From the IMG/VR virus record IMGVR_UViG_3300023174_000037: DNA of 64,000 nt. The stretch is one strand, 5' to 3'. This document shows positions 13,501-19,958 of this stretch, piece after piece (position 1 is the stretch's first letter; every line of letters begins with the position of its first letter). The position numbers and the translations under genes are program-made. The notes beneath the pieces are model-generated. The model did not search any database, was not told the DNA's origin, and saw nothing but the letters and a program-made list of their open reading frames with translations. The stretch comes from a virus (taxonomy: Duplodnaviria > Caudoviricetes).

Positions 13501-16392
13501 GGCGAATACACATTGACTGTGCCATCAACTACAGGGCTGGCCACTGGTATGATTGTAACCGGTCTTGGAATCCCAGCTGATACTACTGTTACTGAAATTA
13601 ACGAAGTTGACAATATTGTAACAATGAGTCGTGCGGTGTTGCAGTCAATCACATCAAAGCCCGTAAATTTCTATAGTCCATTTGTAGTTGAAGAATGGGA
13701 TCGAGTACCAGCCAGCACACTAAGTGGTATCAACCGAACACAAGGTTTTTACTTGCCAACAGTTGACCAGCCTGGCCGTAGTTTGCCATTGCTGATAGAC
13801 GGGCTAAACTATCCTGGAGTGCAGGTGTATGGACTGGGATTTGACTTCAATACTGGATATGACGTAGGCAACTATGACATCAATCCATTTGACAATATCA
13901 GCTATGGACCTGAAGGTTTTCCAACTTACGATCCGGCATTGTTAGATGCCACCTATTCAAGTTCATTTGATGATGTGTTCTTGGGAACCAGACCAGCAGA
14001 TATCAATGTCAACGGCGGCGGATACATAGATGAATTTAGCAGTTATGCACCAGAAGAATTAGTTCCAGGCAGTGAGTTTGATACTTTAGATTTCCGTGTT
14101 TATACCTCTCCGGGATTTGATAACACTGGGCTTGGACACGGATTCCCAGCAGCGTCACAGAGATTTGTGTATGATCCAGCAAATCCTGTGTTGAGTTTTG
14201 CAGGGTTTTTAAAGCATCCATTTACAGTTGTTGTGTTTAATGCAACTTCAGGATTGGCTATTGAACCAACTAATTATGATTGGGCCAACTATGAAGTCAC
14301 AATTGATCCAGCAACATCCAATGCTGGAGATATTATAAATCTTTATATAACTGGTGTCGGCGGCGGCAATCAGTTGTATCTCAACACTTATAACCAAGCG
14401 GCGCTTGATGAAATAGTAGTGCCTTTTGCAGTGCCATCTGTATACAACATTACCACAACATACACATGGGGTGATGTAGTTTCCTACAATGGTGATTTTT
14501 ATCGCGCCACAGCAGTAACCACTGGAAATCTTCCAGTCAATTTGGTTGGTTGGACACTGGTGTCCAGCGCCGCAGTGATTTATCAAATATTGATCTACAA
14601 CGGCGAAGAACAACTAGAAGCTGGAACTGACTATACTGTCTCGAGCAGTGGTGGTTCGACCACAGTTACATTTGCTACAACATACGATAATACTGCACGT
14701 ATTAATCTAGCTGTGTTTGGATATGCAGTTGATGGGCCAACTCATAGTTGGAGCCTGCCTGTGTTCCAAACTTTGGAAGCTACCGGCGGAACTACAGTTG
14801 ACTTAATTAATAGTCTACAAGGCACCAACGCAGTTAATCTTATTATAGTAGTCAACGGGCAAAGACTTAATCCGTATCAAGGCAGCGAATACGTGGGTGA
14901 TAACGTAACCGTTGAATATGAGTTGCCTAACAGTTATGGGTACGACCCTGCGTTAGTGTCTGATAACGATGTGTTTGTATTTGTTGACAATGTTAAATTA
15001 ATCCAAGACTTGGACTATGTAGTTGACGCTTACGACGGAATATCTGATTATAGAACCATAACATTCACTACAGCCCCAGTCACTGGATCTAAAATACTAT
15101 TGTCGGTTGCAACTGAATGTGGATATCGATTATACAACCAATCGTTAACATTCCTGCCTGGCAACATACCAGCCGCTGGAGATATTGTTGAAATAATAAC
15201 TTGGAATGATACTTCAGAACAAAGATTGTTGACCGAAGTGTTTGTTGGGCCTGGCACGATCAATAATAACACATTTGATCTTGGACGCGAAGTTACTAAC
15301 CCAGAAAGAATGTTAGTGACACTAAATGGTTATTGGTTGTTCAATGGCATTGACTTTGTGTTCAATGGTACAACTATAACCATTTCAGGTCAAACTATTA
15401 TATCAACAGATGTGGTAGCAGTCACACTCTTTACTGACAGAGTGGTTCCAGACCCAATGGCTTTCCGCATATTCCAAGATATGCGTCAAGTTCAGGCTAC
15501 CTATAGAATTACTCCCAGCACTACAACTACATTAGTTCAACCTGTTGAAATAGCAGACGACATAATTTACGTAGAGGATGCATCAGCGTTAAGTGAACCA
15601 AACTTTGCCACATCATACTCCAATAATATTTCATATAACCTTGGTGCTGTAGTCATATATGGTACTGAGTTTTATCAGGCCATTGCATTTACCACTGGGA
15701 ATTTGCCAACTGATACTGATTACTGGGAGTTAACTGATGGTGCTGCAAATATTTGGGGGATCCTTACTGTCAACGGTGAACGTATTTTGTATCGTAATAG
15801 AGACACTGTGACCAATACCGTCAGTGGACTGTTGCGTGGCACAGCCGGAACGGCAATTACTACTCACAACGTGGGAACATACGTTTACAACATGGGACGT
15901 GAAAACTTAATGCCGCTGGGTTGCCAGAATTATGTGGTATCAAACATAACTAATCCGTTGGAATCCGGAGTAAACCTAGGCGACGGAACCACTATAGAAT
16001 TCGTAGCCAGTGATATATCTTTGGTGATCGCCGGTGCTACAGCTTGGGTAGTATCAAATACTTACGCCTCTGGAGCTGCTGTGGTCAACAGCGGCAACTA
16101 CTATAGAGCAATCATTGCCGTTCCAGCCAACACCGCTATAACCAATACCACTTACTGGGAACCAATGAGTAACGCGGTTGAAGTGTATGTGGGCGGAGCT
16201 AGAATTCCTAATACTGACTACACTATGACTAGTCAAAATCCTGTTACTGTAGAATTTGATACAGCACCACCTGATGGCGCAGAAGTAGCGATCCTAGTTA
16301 AACGAGCACACACCTGGTACAACGTAGATACACCAAACTTGCCGCTTAACGAGACTGACACTATTTGTGCAAGGTTTTTACAGGGACAATAA
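1594..16392 (+). CDS. Giant 4932-aa multidomain virion structural protein (baseplate/tail-associated adhesin-like)
   Basis: Uninterrupted 14.8-kb ORF between structural genes. Contains 7 FG-GAP-like repeats, about 6 CBM5/12-like modules, GxGY-x3-P repeats and repeated 'V(Y/F)VN-x2-L-x4-DY(T/V)V' beta modules. Confidence 0.8.
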   Translation: MARTRSVDFLPEIFQTSTNRQVLAATLDQMIQEPQLKQIQGFVGRRVGPGVIPGDYYVAEPTATRTNYQLEPGVVQIDPTDSKKVVDAITYPGITDALNLQGAVTQNADQLYTSEYYAWDPFVDFDKYVNYAQYYWLPGGPDAVDVFTGAKPLTDNFVVTRANGNYTFSGESGENPTLTLVRGGSYTFQIAQNEASSVNFRVSNQGTSAWVIDYVNNPTLTLVRGNTYTFTLVSTPALPFYIKTQQTLGINNLFTDGVTNNGAATGTITFVVPQNAPDTLYYNNSTQMNMQGVFTIVDASPGTGPNFWIQTSPGVNGRIPATPNISSRLGPVNGVTNNGIDLGTITFEVPSKNDQDFYYSLPYINTNGGQVNLITDLQFDQLNNVFVDQFLAEYPNGIDGITNLQGRTIVFTEPDPDPSAGGWLVKSQFDPLVRTAPPATPVIAGPGSFDSLEFDQTTPIADVAIQRSVWQIQYVTADGGGQYMRLTSIYDIPDLYKFNIQFGEVYSSTSWYKDENGAFQQIPLLAAIQDRLYYQDGIDPGIFGEINVIDQSAADSLDILDILGKKNYISPNGVVFTNGLKVQFNGSVVPAGYQGNNYYVEGVGTAIQLLPVTDFVTPETYTQSSSVPYDSTLYDFGNYDASLNQPAQPDYLTINRSSPDLNPWTRSNRWFHVSVIEQSAAYNNSVLIVDNALRARRPILEFRGGTRLIDFGTKGKQPVDIIDLTNTDAFSTVNGATGYGVDGYNLINGSRIIFAADIDPDVRDKIYVVEFITPDTVPPLIAEPVINLVPATDADVLVDNSVVCLSGLTLQGKSFWFDGVSWITSQQKTSVNQAPLFDVYDANGVSFSDPIVYPSSDFRGSKLFSYAPSSNGKDPVLGFAIKYLSLSNIGDIVFDNNLYTDTFNYTVDSVGYTKNISLGFVREYQDRVTYQRELGWQTAVVPSRARQQFQFNYDGTPLQLDVAALSSTVIPSIQLFVSSEFQAPYKYSVATTADSTTITWTDASYDNGVAFATGDIIEVLVLSDQASKVAFYQVPINLENNPLNVNSPYFTVGTARTHYESICENLLDLVGPINGNNNTRDLGNIIPYGTSIIQNSAPMTLAGYFMRSKQYNIFDSLAYSSREYEQYKAQLLNAVVTTDYTNYTIPAMLTAVVTQLVAGRTQVNPFYWTDMLPANPVYTSTTTTYSLISTPVFNLNTTYDFTSSNYQSVLVYVNDVLLQTNYDYVVSTDAPSLTITVPLNVGDVITIQEYATTYGTFVPNTPTKLGLYPAFQPKIYLDTTYVNPTLVIQGHDGSLTVAFGDFRDQLLLEFETRIFNNLKIKSEVPLTLTDVTPGQFRSTGYSLAEINDILAPSFLSWLGWNKLTYAEQTYNSANQFTWNYSAAGNRLSGSTTGTELPLPVGAWRGIYQYFYDTPTPQSTPWEMLGFSQEPDWWTETYGPAPYTSGNLILWEDLAAGKVADPAGAYYLPKYARPGLVMYGAGNISMQSGGSGYSAQTTVTISNPPAGDYSTPATLGTPVIVGGVIVSIPVTNPGRGYTSPPDIIIKDLGGGTGARASCTLTRVQDVIPVDSEGNLLSPFFSVVGLYDSSQWQKSWVFGDEGPVEYSWRTSSAFPFAVMRLLALTRPAKFFSLFADRDLYKYDADLEQYLYNQRYRLDANGVEVYGNGLSKASYIDWIVDYNRQLGINSTDKLAEDLSLLDVRLCYRMGTFTDKQYLSIIAETSSPDSTNSSLLIPDNSYNLLVYKNQPFSQTLYSAVVIQVVDGGWSVTGYSLTNPYFEILASRTGGPTRVITAGGTRVTVPTTYTQNVVQVPYGYVFTNQTVVADFLLSYGALLESQGLVFDARENGTTLNWNQMVQEYLYWANQGWMTGSVISLNPTAQELTLVTPEAIVDSIVTQTPENLILDQNRTTIPSSQLVIDRYENTFKVTSLNEQTISYIALRSTSYESLVILDNVSVFGDLLYDPATGARQSRVNVVATVAAEWNGQLDAQGFINNNTQTVKEWQPLQKYTKGEIVIYKNNYWQALNIIQPSTQWNQSLWSQSNYTRIQSGLLQNIPLLANQLATSYDVNQANLQTEQDLFAFGLIGFRPRQYMTDLNLGDISQVNLYQQLIKDKGTLNSVRLLTNTNLNKETAQYQVYENWGIQRGIYGANANRRFVEMRLNEALLTSNPGTVQIIAPQEVSVADQTILYENLWRESYNVTSPDIFPTAIMPVADSALPSAGYVNLEDVDITVFDLDGQLGLADGVLNTIGIGTTVWAAKSNAYDWNVYRCTEVPGYISSAAPNLNGTAIVTFTQPPGLVVGDVLIIRFLDPTVDGVYNVIALPGLTSVAIALTISNTVTGTGLGFSLQTMRVNQASDVLNLPYTAALGPGAKVWVDNDGTGHWEVLEKTDPFTDVGAIEPTVPAVDSGYGSAVAQAYQNIVAMVGAPGYGTAGAIYTYVKDVTDSYSENSILLLNADQTLGFGNAMQIGYQNWAVAGASASRSNQGYAVAIYRATGSTAFEQRQLLIPPDGDYSNAEFGYSVTVSQDEQWMYVSAPGQNKVYPYGRVTIPGQTAQFITPGTYRVYDVGGIIEFDNELQLAVVLNNELLTIGVDYTVGGTVVNLAGIPVEGQKLIITRKVQQDYIGDGVETVFDLGPFLYTADNIDSFVVSVNEVIQVPDFDYTFSATGDYPITFTTAPDADSAIKILTGTYWQPMDAIEGPASSRFGSAIHTTTDGRQIIIGASADESDPGLNSGAVYVFNRSVTRYIISDTTQLTYALPAGYQDPVAVILNSVYLTNTAQYINGQFTVTGGDVVLGVALNVGDVLEIESNIFTQVQKIVPEAPYDESAFGAAVDICPNNCSIYTGAPVDGTILLAAGSVQRNVNQARVYGTITSTNANPTLTAGDTILVNNMPVAVPASPNNTVTGLKNAIIAAAIPNVTASVAAGLLTINIVNVAAADAYNRLTVWPGITGTAFDDLGFNTYAYTQTIVSPNPSASANFGAALNIDTTALTLVVGAPRGDLYEAVIFDNGTTYFDDRSTTFFNEILESGVVYTFDYLSSATDTVTNPGNFVFGQQVYDNQTNTADQWGAAVNYTTGKLLIGSPTGADNYGRVGQFINLDRLPAWKILRRQQPVVDVALLNSVYMYNKLQSQETYFFDFIDPLQGKILGVARQNIDFISQVNPAQYNFGPINNIGNFWGSERVGTIWWDTTNARFIDPNQDNIVYSSRRWGQLFPSSTVDIYQWVASSTPPAGYTGEGTPLNTTSYSVRAQLTTTGTFETVYYFWVTGITTIAINEGKTLSTTGIARYIEEPRSSGIPYIAALNASTVAIYNGSQYLSAFDTILHVDFSQELSDANIHTEFQLIADGNPNSFLADNLYQKLQDSFCGYNQNGAQVPDPFLSPPEQYGVAFSPRQSLFVNRLLALENYLTRTNEILKYLPIVEQRRFILLNSSEPVPAAGSEEYNKVLDNIEQLSFQNLNQVPLGYKYLILSDSTFNGAWTIYEVILASNAPAAPKVTQLFRIQNFNTKNYWYHIDWYRLGYNSSTTPVAQVPNYASLVTLNVTVGSSVKVTANAQNKWEIYLRTDTGWDRVGLQDGTIAFDNTLWDYAAGRYGFDAEVFDAQYYDQEPVIETRNIIQAINNELFINDLAIFKNQLLILMFKFILTEEQAPDWLMKTSFINVRHDIRSLLPFPTYRQDNQDFVSDYLQEVKPYHVQVKQFNLVYKGQDEYPGFATDFDNPPYYDTSLEIPQFVSPILLPYTKSTAVGTGRPSDIADTPANAEIWATTPWQEWYNNYLLSLTSVSVTATGSGYATEPEVIIGTEWTADTAYTLGQQVFYGSNLYSVTVAGTSADVPPSWVTGSELSGTATLTYVGTPATAVAVINSQLQVIAVNVVDDGAGYTTNPVITFVSATGTGAQARANMGNPLVREFNLTIKYDRYEYVSTITDWNYLVAVYPANTQVRFADTVWQAIDTVTNTPIVLNSTGTAGEYTLTVPSTTGLATGMIVTGLGIPADTTVTEINEVDNIVTMSRAVLQSITSKPVNFYSPFVVEEWDRVPASTLSGINRTQGFYLPTVDQPGRSLPLLIDGLNYPGVQVYGLGFDFNTGYDVGNYDINPFDNISYGPEGFPTYDPALLDATYSSSFDDVFLGTRPADINVNGGGYIDEFSSYAPEELVPGSEFDTLDFRVYTSPGFDNTGLGHGFPAASQRFVYDPANPVLSFAGFLKHPFTVVVFNATSGLAIEPTNYDWANYEVTIDPATSNAGDIINLYITGVGGGNQLYLNTYNQAALDEIVVPFAVPSVYNITTTYTWGDVVSYNGDFYRATAVTTGNLPVNLVGWTLVSSAAVIYQILIYNGEEQLEAGTDYTVSSSGGSTTVTFATTYDNTARINLAVFGYAVDGPTHSWSLPVFQTLEATGGTTVDLINSLQGTNAVNLIIVVNGQRLNPYQGSEYVGDNVTVEYELPNSYGYDPALVSDNDVFVFVDNVKLIQDLDYVVDAYDGISDYRTITFTTAPVTGSKILLSVATECGYRLYNQSLTFLPGNIPAAGDIVEIITWNDTSEQRLLTEVFVGPGTINNNTFDLGREVTNPERMLVTLNGYWLFNGIDFVFNGTTITISGQTIISTDVVAVTLFTDRVVPDPMAFRIFQDMRQVQATYRITPSTTTTLVQPVEIADDIIYVEDASALSEPNFATSYSNNISYNLGAVVIYGTEFYQAIAFTTGNLPTDTDYWELTDGAANIWGILTVNGERILYRNRDTVTNTVSGLLRGTAGTAITTHNVGTYVYNMGRENLMPLGCQNYVVSNITNPLESGVNLGDGTTIEFVASDISLVIAGATAWVVSNTYASGAAVVNSGNYYRAIIAVPANTAITNTTYWEPMSNAVEVYVGGARIPNTDYTMTSQNPVTVEFDTAPPDGAEVAILVKRAHTWYNVDTPNLPLNETDTICARFLQGQ

Positions 16393-16399
16393 TTCAAGG

Positions 16400-16405
16400 T
16401 AAATA
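16400..16405 (+). promoter_or_regulatory. T4-like late promoter core (TAAATA)
   Basis: TAAATA just after the giant gene stop, 6 nt before the ATG at 16412. The same core recurs upstream of other structural genes. Confidence 0.5.
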
Positions 16406-16411
16406 ATATAC

Positions 16412-16561
16412 ATGGAAAAAACAGCCCAACAACCCGCACAAAACAAGCCTGCTGCTCCTAAGCCCAAACGGCCCAACGAAACCAGTGCCATTTCAGTTGA
16501 GGGATTTGTAAAAATATTTGATCCTAACACTAAAGAGACATTTGTGGAGAAACGAGCATGA
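16412..16561 (+). CDS. 49-aa small protein (not in ORF track), paralogous to N-terminus of next gene
   Basis: MEKTAQQPAQNKPAAPKPKRPNETSAISVEGFVKIFDPNTKETFVEKRA*. Fills the gap and has an ATGA overlap with 16558. Confidence 0.75.
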   Translation: MEKTAQQPAQNKPAAPKPKRPNETSAISVEGFVKIFDPNTKETFVEKRA

Positions 16562-17175
16562 TTCAACCAGGCCTGGCCAAAATTGAAGGTTTTGTCAAAA
16601 TAATTGACCCCAACTCAGGTGAGGTTCTTGTAGATAAAAAGAACGCAATTCATTACGAGAATATCAGTATTGCTATGGCTCAAACCTTAAGCAATCGCAC
16701 CAGCGCCCAGGGCGGCGGCTGGATTTACGAAATGGCGTTTGGCAACGGTGGATCCAGTGTAGACCCAACTGGTGTTATCACATACTTGCCGCCTAATATA
16801 ACTGGCCAAAATGCAGACTTATACAACGAAACTTATGCCAAAGTTGTAAACGACAACAGCGCAGCAGACGTGGATCCTGCAAACAATTACATGACAGTAA
16901 TTCACACCACTGGTATGCCGTATACAGATATTTTAGTGACCTGTTTATTAGACTACGGCGAACCCGCTGGACAACAGGCCTTTGATAACAGCACCAATTT
17001 TAACGGCGAATATGTGTTTGATGAGCTAGGCCTTAAGAGCTGGGCCGGCAGTCCAACTGATTTGATACTAATTACTCATGTAATTTTTCACCCAGTGCAA
17101 AAGAGTTTGAATCGTCAGATTCAAATTGAATATACCCTACGTATCCAGACTCTTACTAACCTGAGTGCCGCATAA
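16558..17175 (+). CDS. Putative virion structural protein (205 aa)
   Basis: Lies in the structural operon. Beta-rich; ends 'FDELGL...LITHVIFHPVQKSLNRQIQIEYTLRI', reminiscent of tail/baseplate-associated proteins. Confidence 0.55.
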   Translation: MIQPGLAKIEGFVKIIDPNSGEVLVDKKNAIHYENISIAMAQTLSNRTSAQGGGWIYEMAFGNGGSSVDPTGVITYLPPNITGQNADLYNETYAKVVNDNSAADVDPANNYMTVIHTTGMPYTDILVTCLLDYGEPAGQQAFDNSTNFNGEYVFDELGLKSWAGSPTDLILITHVIFHPVQKSLNRQIQIEYTLRIQTLTNLSAA

Positions 17176-17202
17176 ATATGAGTATATTAAGTTGCATAAA
17201 TA
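17171..17202 (+). promoter_or_regulatory. Two tandem T4-like late promoter motifs (CATAAATA at 17171-17178 and 17195-17202)
   Basis: Each differs by one base from the T4 late consensus TATAAATA; upstream of a structural gene. Confidence 0.55.
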
Positions 17203-17225
17203 AGAACAGGACGGAGTGAAAAAAA

Positions 17226-18512
17226 ATGTCATACATAATTAACTTAACAAATGGTAACGTATTAACTACTATCGCTGATGGTACTCTTAACACTACCGCT
17301 TGTAGCATGGCGCTGCCGGGAAAAAACTATGCCGGTTATGGTATATATTTAGATGACAATTTTGTTCATCTATTAGAAAACAGTTCCAACGGAACAGCAC
17401 CAACAACTCCGTTGATTGGCCAGTTATGGTGGAATTCTTCAGTCAAAGTAATGAGTGTGTGGAATGGCACTGTTTGGAAAACAATCAGTTCAGCAACATC
17501 CAGCGCCACAGCGCCTGCTTCAAGTGTGCAAGGCGACTTGTGGTATGACACTACTAACCAACAATTAAATGTTTATTCTGGTACAACCTGGATCTTGGTA
17601 GGACCAGCGTTCACCAATGCACAAGGTACCACTGGTGCTATTCCTGCCACAGTGTCAGACAACAGTGCTGTCCAACACACTATTTTACAACTTTATGTAG
17701 GCGGTGTGCTAATGGGCATCATGAGTAAAGATACCACTGCATTTACTCCAAGTCCTGCTATTGCTGGATTTGCCACTATTCAACCAGGCTTACAACTCAG
17801 CACAGTCAGTGCGGCCTACCAATTCCAGGGCACAATTACCAATGCGGCTACTTTAGGCACTTCTAATCTCACTGCCAACAGTTTTATGCGGTCAGACGCT
17901 GCTGCAACCACCACTGGCAAAATAACTACAACCAGCAATCAAGGTTTAGCATTAGGAGCCAATGGTGACCTAGCTATTTCAGTTGCGGGATCGGACATAA
18001 GCATTGTTAATAATGATACCAATGGCAACATTAGGTTTGGTGCCAACGTTGGTGGAACTCCAACCACAGTAATGACCATCAATGGCAGCACTGGTGCTAT
18101 TTCAGGCAATCAAATCAATGCCAACTATGCTGACGTTGCAGAACGCTTTGCAGCCGATGAAGAATTAACAGCAGGAACAGTAGTTGAACTGGGTGGTTCA
18201 GAAGAAATCACTCAAGTTACCGACGATTTGAGCGAAAATGTATTTGGAGTCATAAGTACGAGAGCAGCATATTTGATGAACAGTAATGCTGGAACAAATG
18301 TCACACACCCGCCAGTTGCTATGACCGGGCGAGTTCCAGTTAGAACCATTGGTCAAGTGCGTAAAGGCGATAGATTAGTAAGTGCAGGCGGTGGGTTGGC
18401 CAGAGCAGCAAAAGCTGGGGAAGCCACTGCATTTAATGTGATTGGTCGTGCGCTCAAAGACAAAGTCACCGACAGTGAAGGCACTGTTGAAGCCATTGTT
18501 ACTATTAAATAA
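17226..18512 (+). CDS. Tail fibre/appendage protein with C-terminal intramolecular-chaperone (Peptidase_G2-like) domain
   Basis: Thr/Ser/Gly-rich; GQLWWN and GDLWYDT repeats; C-terminal 'NYADVAERF...GVIS...MTGRVPV...KGDRLVS' pattern. Confidence 0.65.
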   Translation: MSYIINLTNGNVLTTIADGTLNTTACSMALPGKNYAGYGIYLDDNFVHLLENSSNGTAPTTPLIGQLWWNSSVKVMSVWNGTVWKTISSATSSATAPASSVQGDLWYDTTNQQLNVYSGTTWILVGPAFTNAQGTTGAIPATVSDNSAVQHTILQLYVGGVLMGIMSKDTTAFTPSPAIAGFATIQPGLQLSTVSAAYQFQGTITNAATLGTSNLTANSFMRSDAAATTTGKITTTSNQGLALGANGDLAISVAGSDISIVNNDTNGNIRFGANVGGTPTTVMTINGSTGAISGNQINANYADVAERFAADEELTAGTVVELGGSEEITQVTDDLSENVFGVISTRAAYLMNSNAGTNVTHPPVAMTGRVPVRTIGQVRKGDRLVSAGGGLARAAKAGEATAFNVIGRALKDKVTDSEGTVEAIVTIK

Positions 18513-18515
18513 ATA
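18508..18515 (+). promoter_or_regulatory. T4-like late promoter motif (AATAAATA)
   Basis: Overlaps the stop of 17226..18512 and precedes structural gene 18601. Confidence 0.45.
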
Positions 18516-18600
18516 CTGTGACAGGATTAAAATCACCCAGCAATTGTCATGTATAATTGCGTTGAAATTGATCAACTAATACAAAGGGAAATAAAATAAA

Positions 18601-19578
18601 ATGACTTATAGCGTAGGCGGATTAATACAAGCAGCAGACTACAACGGATTTGTTGCTAACACAGCAAGTGCCAATGTCAACGCAGTGTGGAATAGCACAT
18701 ATGGGCAACCAGCATTAGTGACAGCAAACGTTGGATCAACTGTGACTGCCACACAATGGGCATCACTAAACAACACATTAACATCTGTTGGTAATCATCA
18801 AGCCACTACACTAACAAGTAGAACCAGCCCAGTGGCCGGCAACACCATTGCTATCTTGGCCAATGTCAACACTGACCTTACCACAGTTAATTCCAACAAG
18901 TATTATGCCTACGCATCAGGAACACAGTTTACAGCATGGACCGGGACAGCCAGTCAAACAGCAATAGTTGGCCATACCAATCAAACATGGACCATTACAT
19001 TTACTGACACTGTAACTTTTGCCAATGCCACAGCAGCCACTAACTTTTGGGGCAGCGGCGGCCTGATGAAGATACAATTTAGCAAAACCAGCACCGGTCT
19101 GGATGCTGATCCAGACTGGAACAACTTTATTACCAACGTATGCGGCACAGTGTATTTTACTTCAGACGCTAGTAGTAAGGTCATTGCCAACGTTACATAT
19201 TTAGGAACCAAGGTAGTGGGCGGCTCTGGCACTCCGACTGTATTGGCCACAGGAACAGGTTGGAATCAGTTGACCGGTAGTCCAACAACCATTTATCAAC
19301 AGTTTGATACTGCTTATACCTACACCGGTGACTATGTTCAAGTTACTGCAACAAAAACATCATCAACTGTGTTAACTCTAATAACCACTTGGTTCTCTGC
19401 AGCTCGCGCAACGTCAGGATCTAGTAGAACTATTTCAGGCGGAACAGCTACCACAGGTATTACATTTGGAACAGCACCAACCACAGTGGTCACATACTTC
19501 CCACCAGAATCTGTATATCTAGCCAATACTTGGGGCTCAACCAGTGTAGCAAGTTCAGTAAGCGCACCTGTGTATTAA
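18601..19578 (+). CDS. Thr/Ser-rich virion structural protein (325 aa)
   Basis: Very Thr/Ser/Ala/Gly-rich beta-type sequence; last gene before the terminator; AAGGGA SD-like motif upstream. Confidence 0.6.
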   Translation: MTYSVGGLIQAADYNGFVANTASANVNAVWNSTYGQPALVTANVGSTVTATQWASLNNTLTSVGNHQATTLTSRTSPVAGNTIAILANVNTDLTTVNSNKYYAYASGTQFTAWTGTASQTAIVGHTNQTWTITFTDTVTFANATAATNFWGSGGLMKIQFSKTSTGLDADPDWNNFITNVCGTVYFTSDASSKVIANVTYLGTKVVGGSGTPTVLATGTGWNQLTGSPTTIYQQFDTAYTYTGDYVQVTATKTSSTVLTLITTWFSAARATSGSSRTISGGTATTGITFGTAPTTVVTYFPPESVYLANTWGSTSVASSVSAPVY

Positions 19579-19600
19579 TCGACACCCCTCAGTATTACCA

Positions 19601-19620
19601 AAAGGGGCTTTGGCCCCTTT
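19601..19620 (+). terminator. Intrinsic terminator-like hairpin ending the structural module
   Basis: AAAGGGGC-TTTG-GCCCCTTT, a perfect 8-bp stem, followed by a T-rich tract. Confidence 0.75.
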
Positions 19621-19646
19621 ACCTTAATTGCTTTTTGTAGTATAAT
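19618..19646 (+). promoter_or_regulatory. Sigma70-type promoter (TTTACC-17-TATAAT), predicted leaderless start at 19653
   Basis: Perfect -10 at 19641-19646; the A of ATG is the 7th base downstream; no SD. Confidence 0.55.
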
Positions 19647-19652
19647 AAATCT

Positions 19653-19958
19653 ATGGATACCAACGAACTTATCTCCCACAGCCGTGCCCGCTTTGATCAT
19701 CATCAAGCCCGCATTGTGCTTAAAGAAAAATATCAAGCCAAACTGACTTTTGCCCACGCTGGCGGTATGTGGCGTGCCGGTCCGGAATTATTGGTGCTAT
19801 TGGCCACTATACCACCCGGTGATGCAGTAGTGCTAGATTTATACGAAACGCCAATTCGAGTTAACCCGGAGGAACTACGCGGACTAGCTATGACACGTTG
19901 GCAAGAGCAAATGAATGCCTGGTTAGTAGAATACGAAGAACTGAATCGTAACAGATGA
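19653..19958 (+). CDS. Hypothetical protein (101 aa)
   Basis: First gene of the modification operon; ATGA coupling to the next gene. Confidence 0.75.
   Translation: MDTNELISHSRARFDHHQARIVLKEKYQAKLTFAHAGGMWRAGPELLVLLATIPPGDAVVLDLYETPIRVNPEELRGLAMTRWQEQMNAWLVEYEELNRNR

Noticed and set aside
2200-16566. Many short antisense or alternate-frame ORFs in the track overlapping the giant gene
   Set aside because: Shadow ORFs inside a long, motif-rich coding frame; no RBS, motifs or operon logic.
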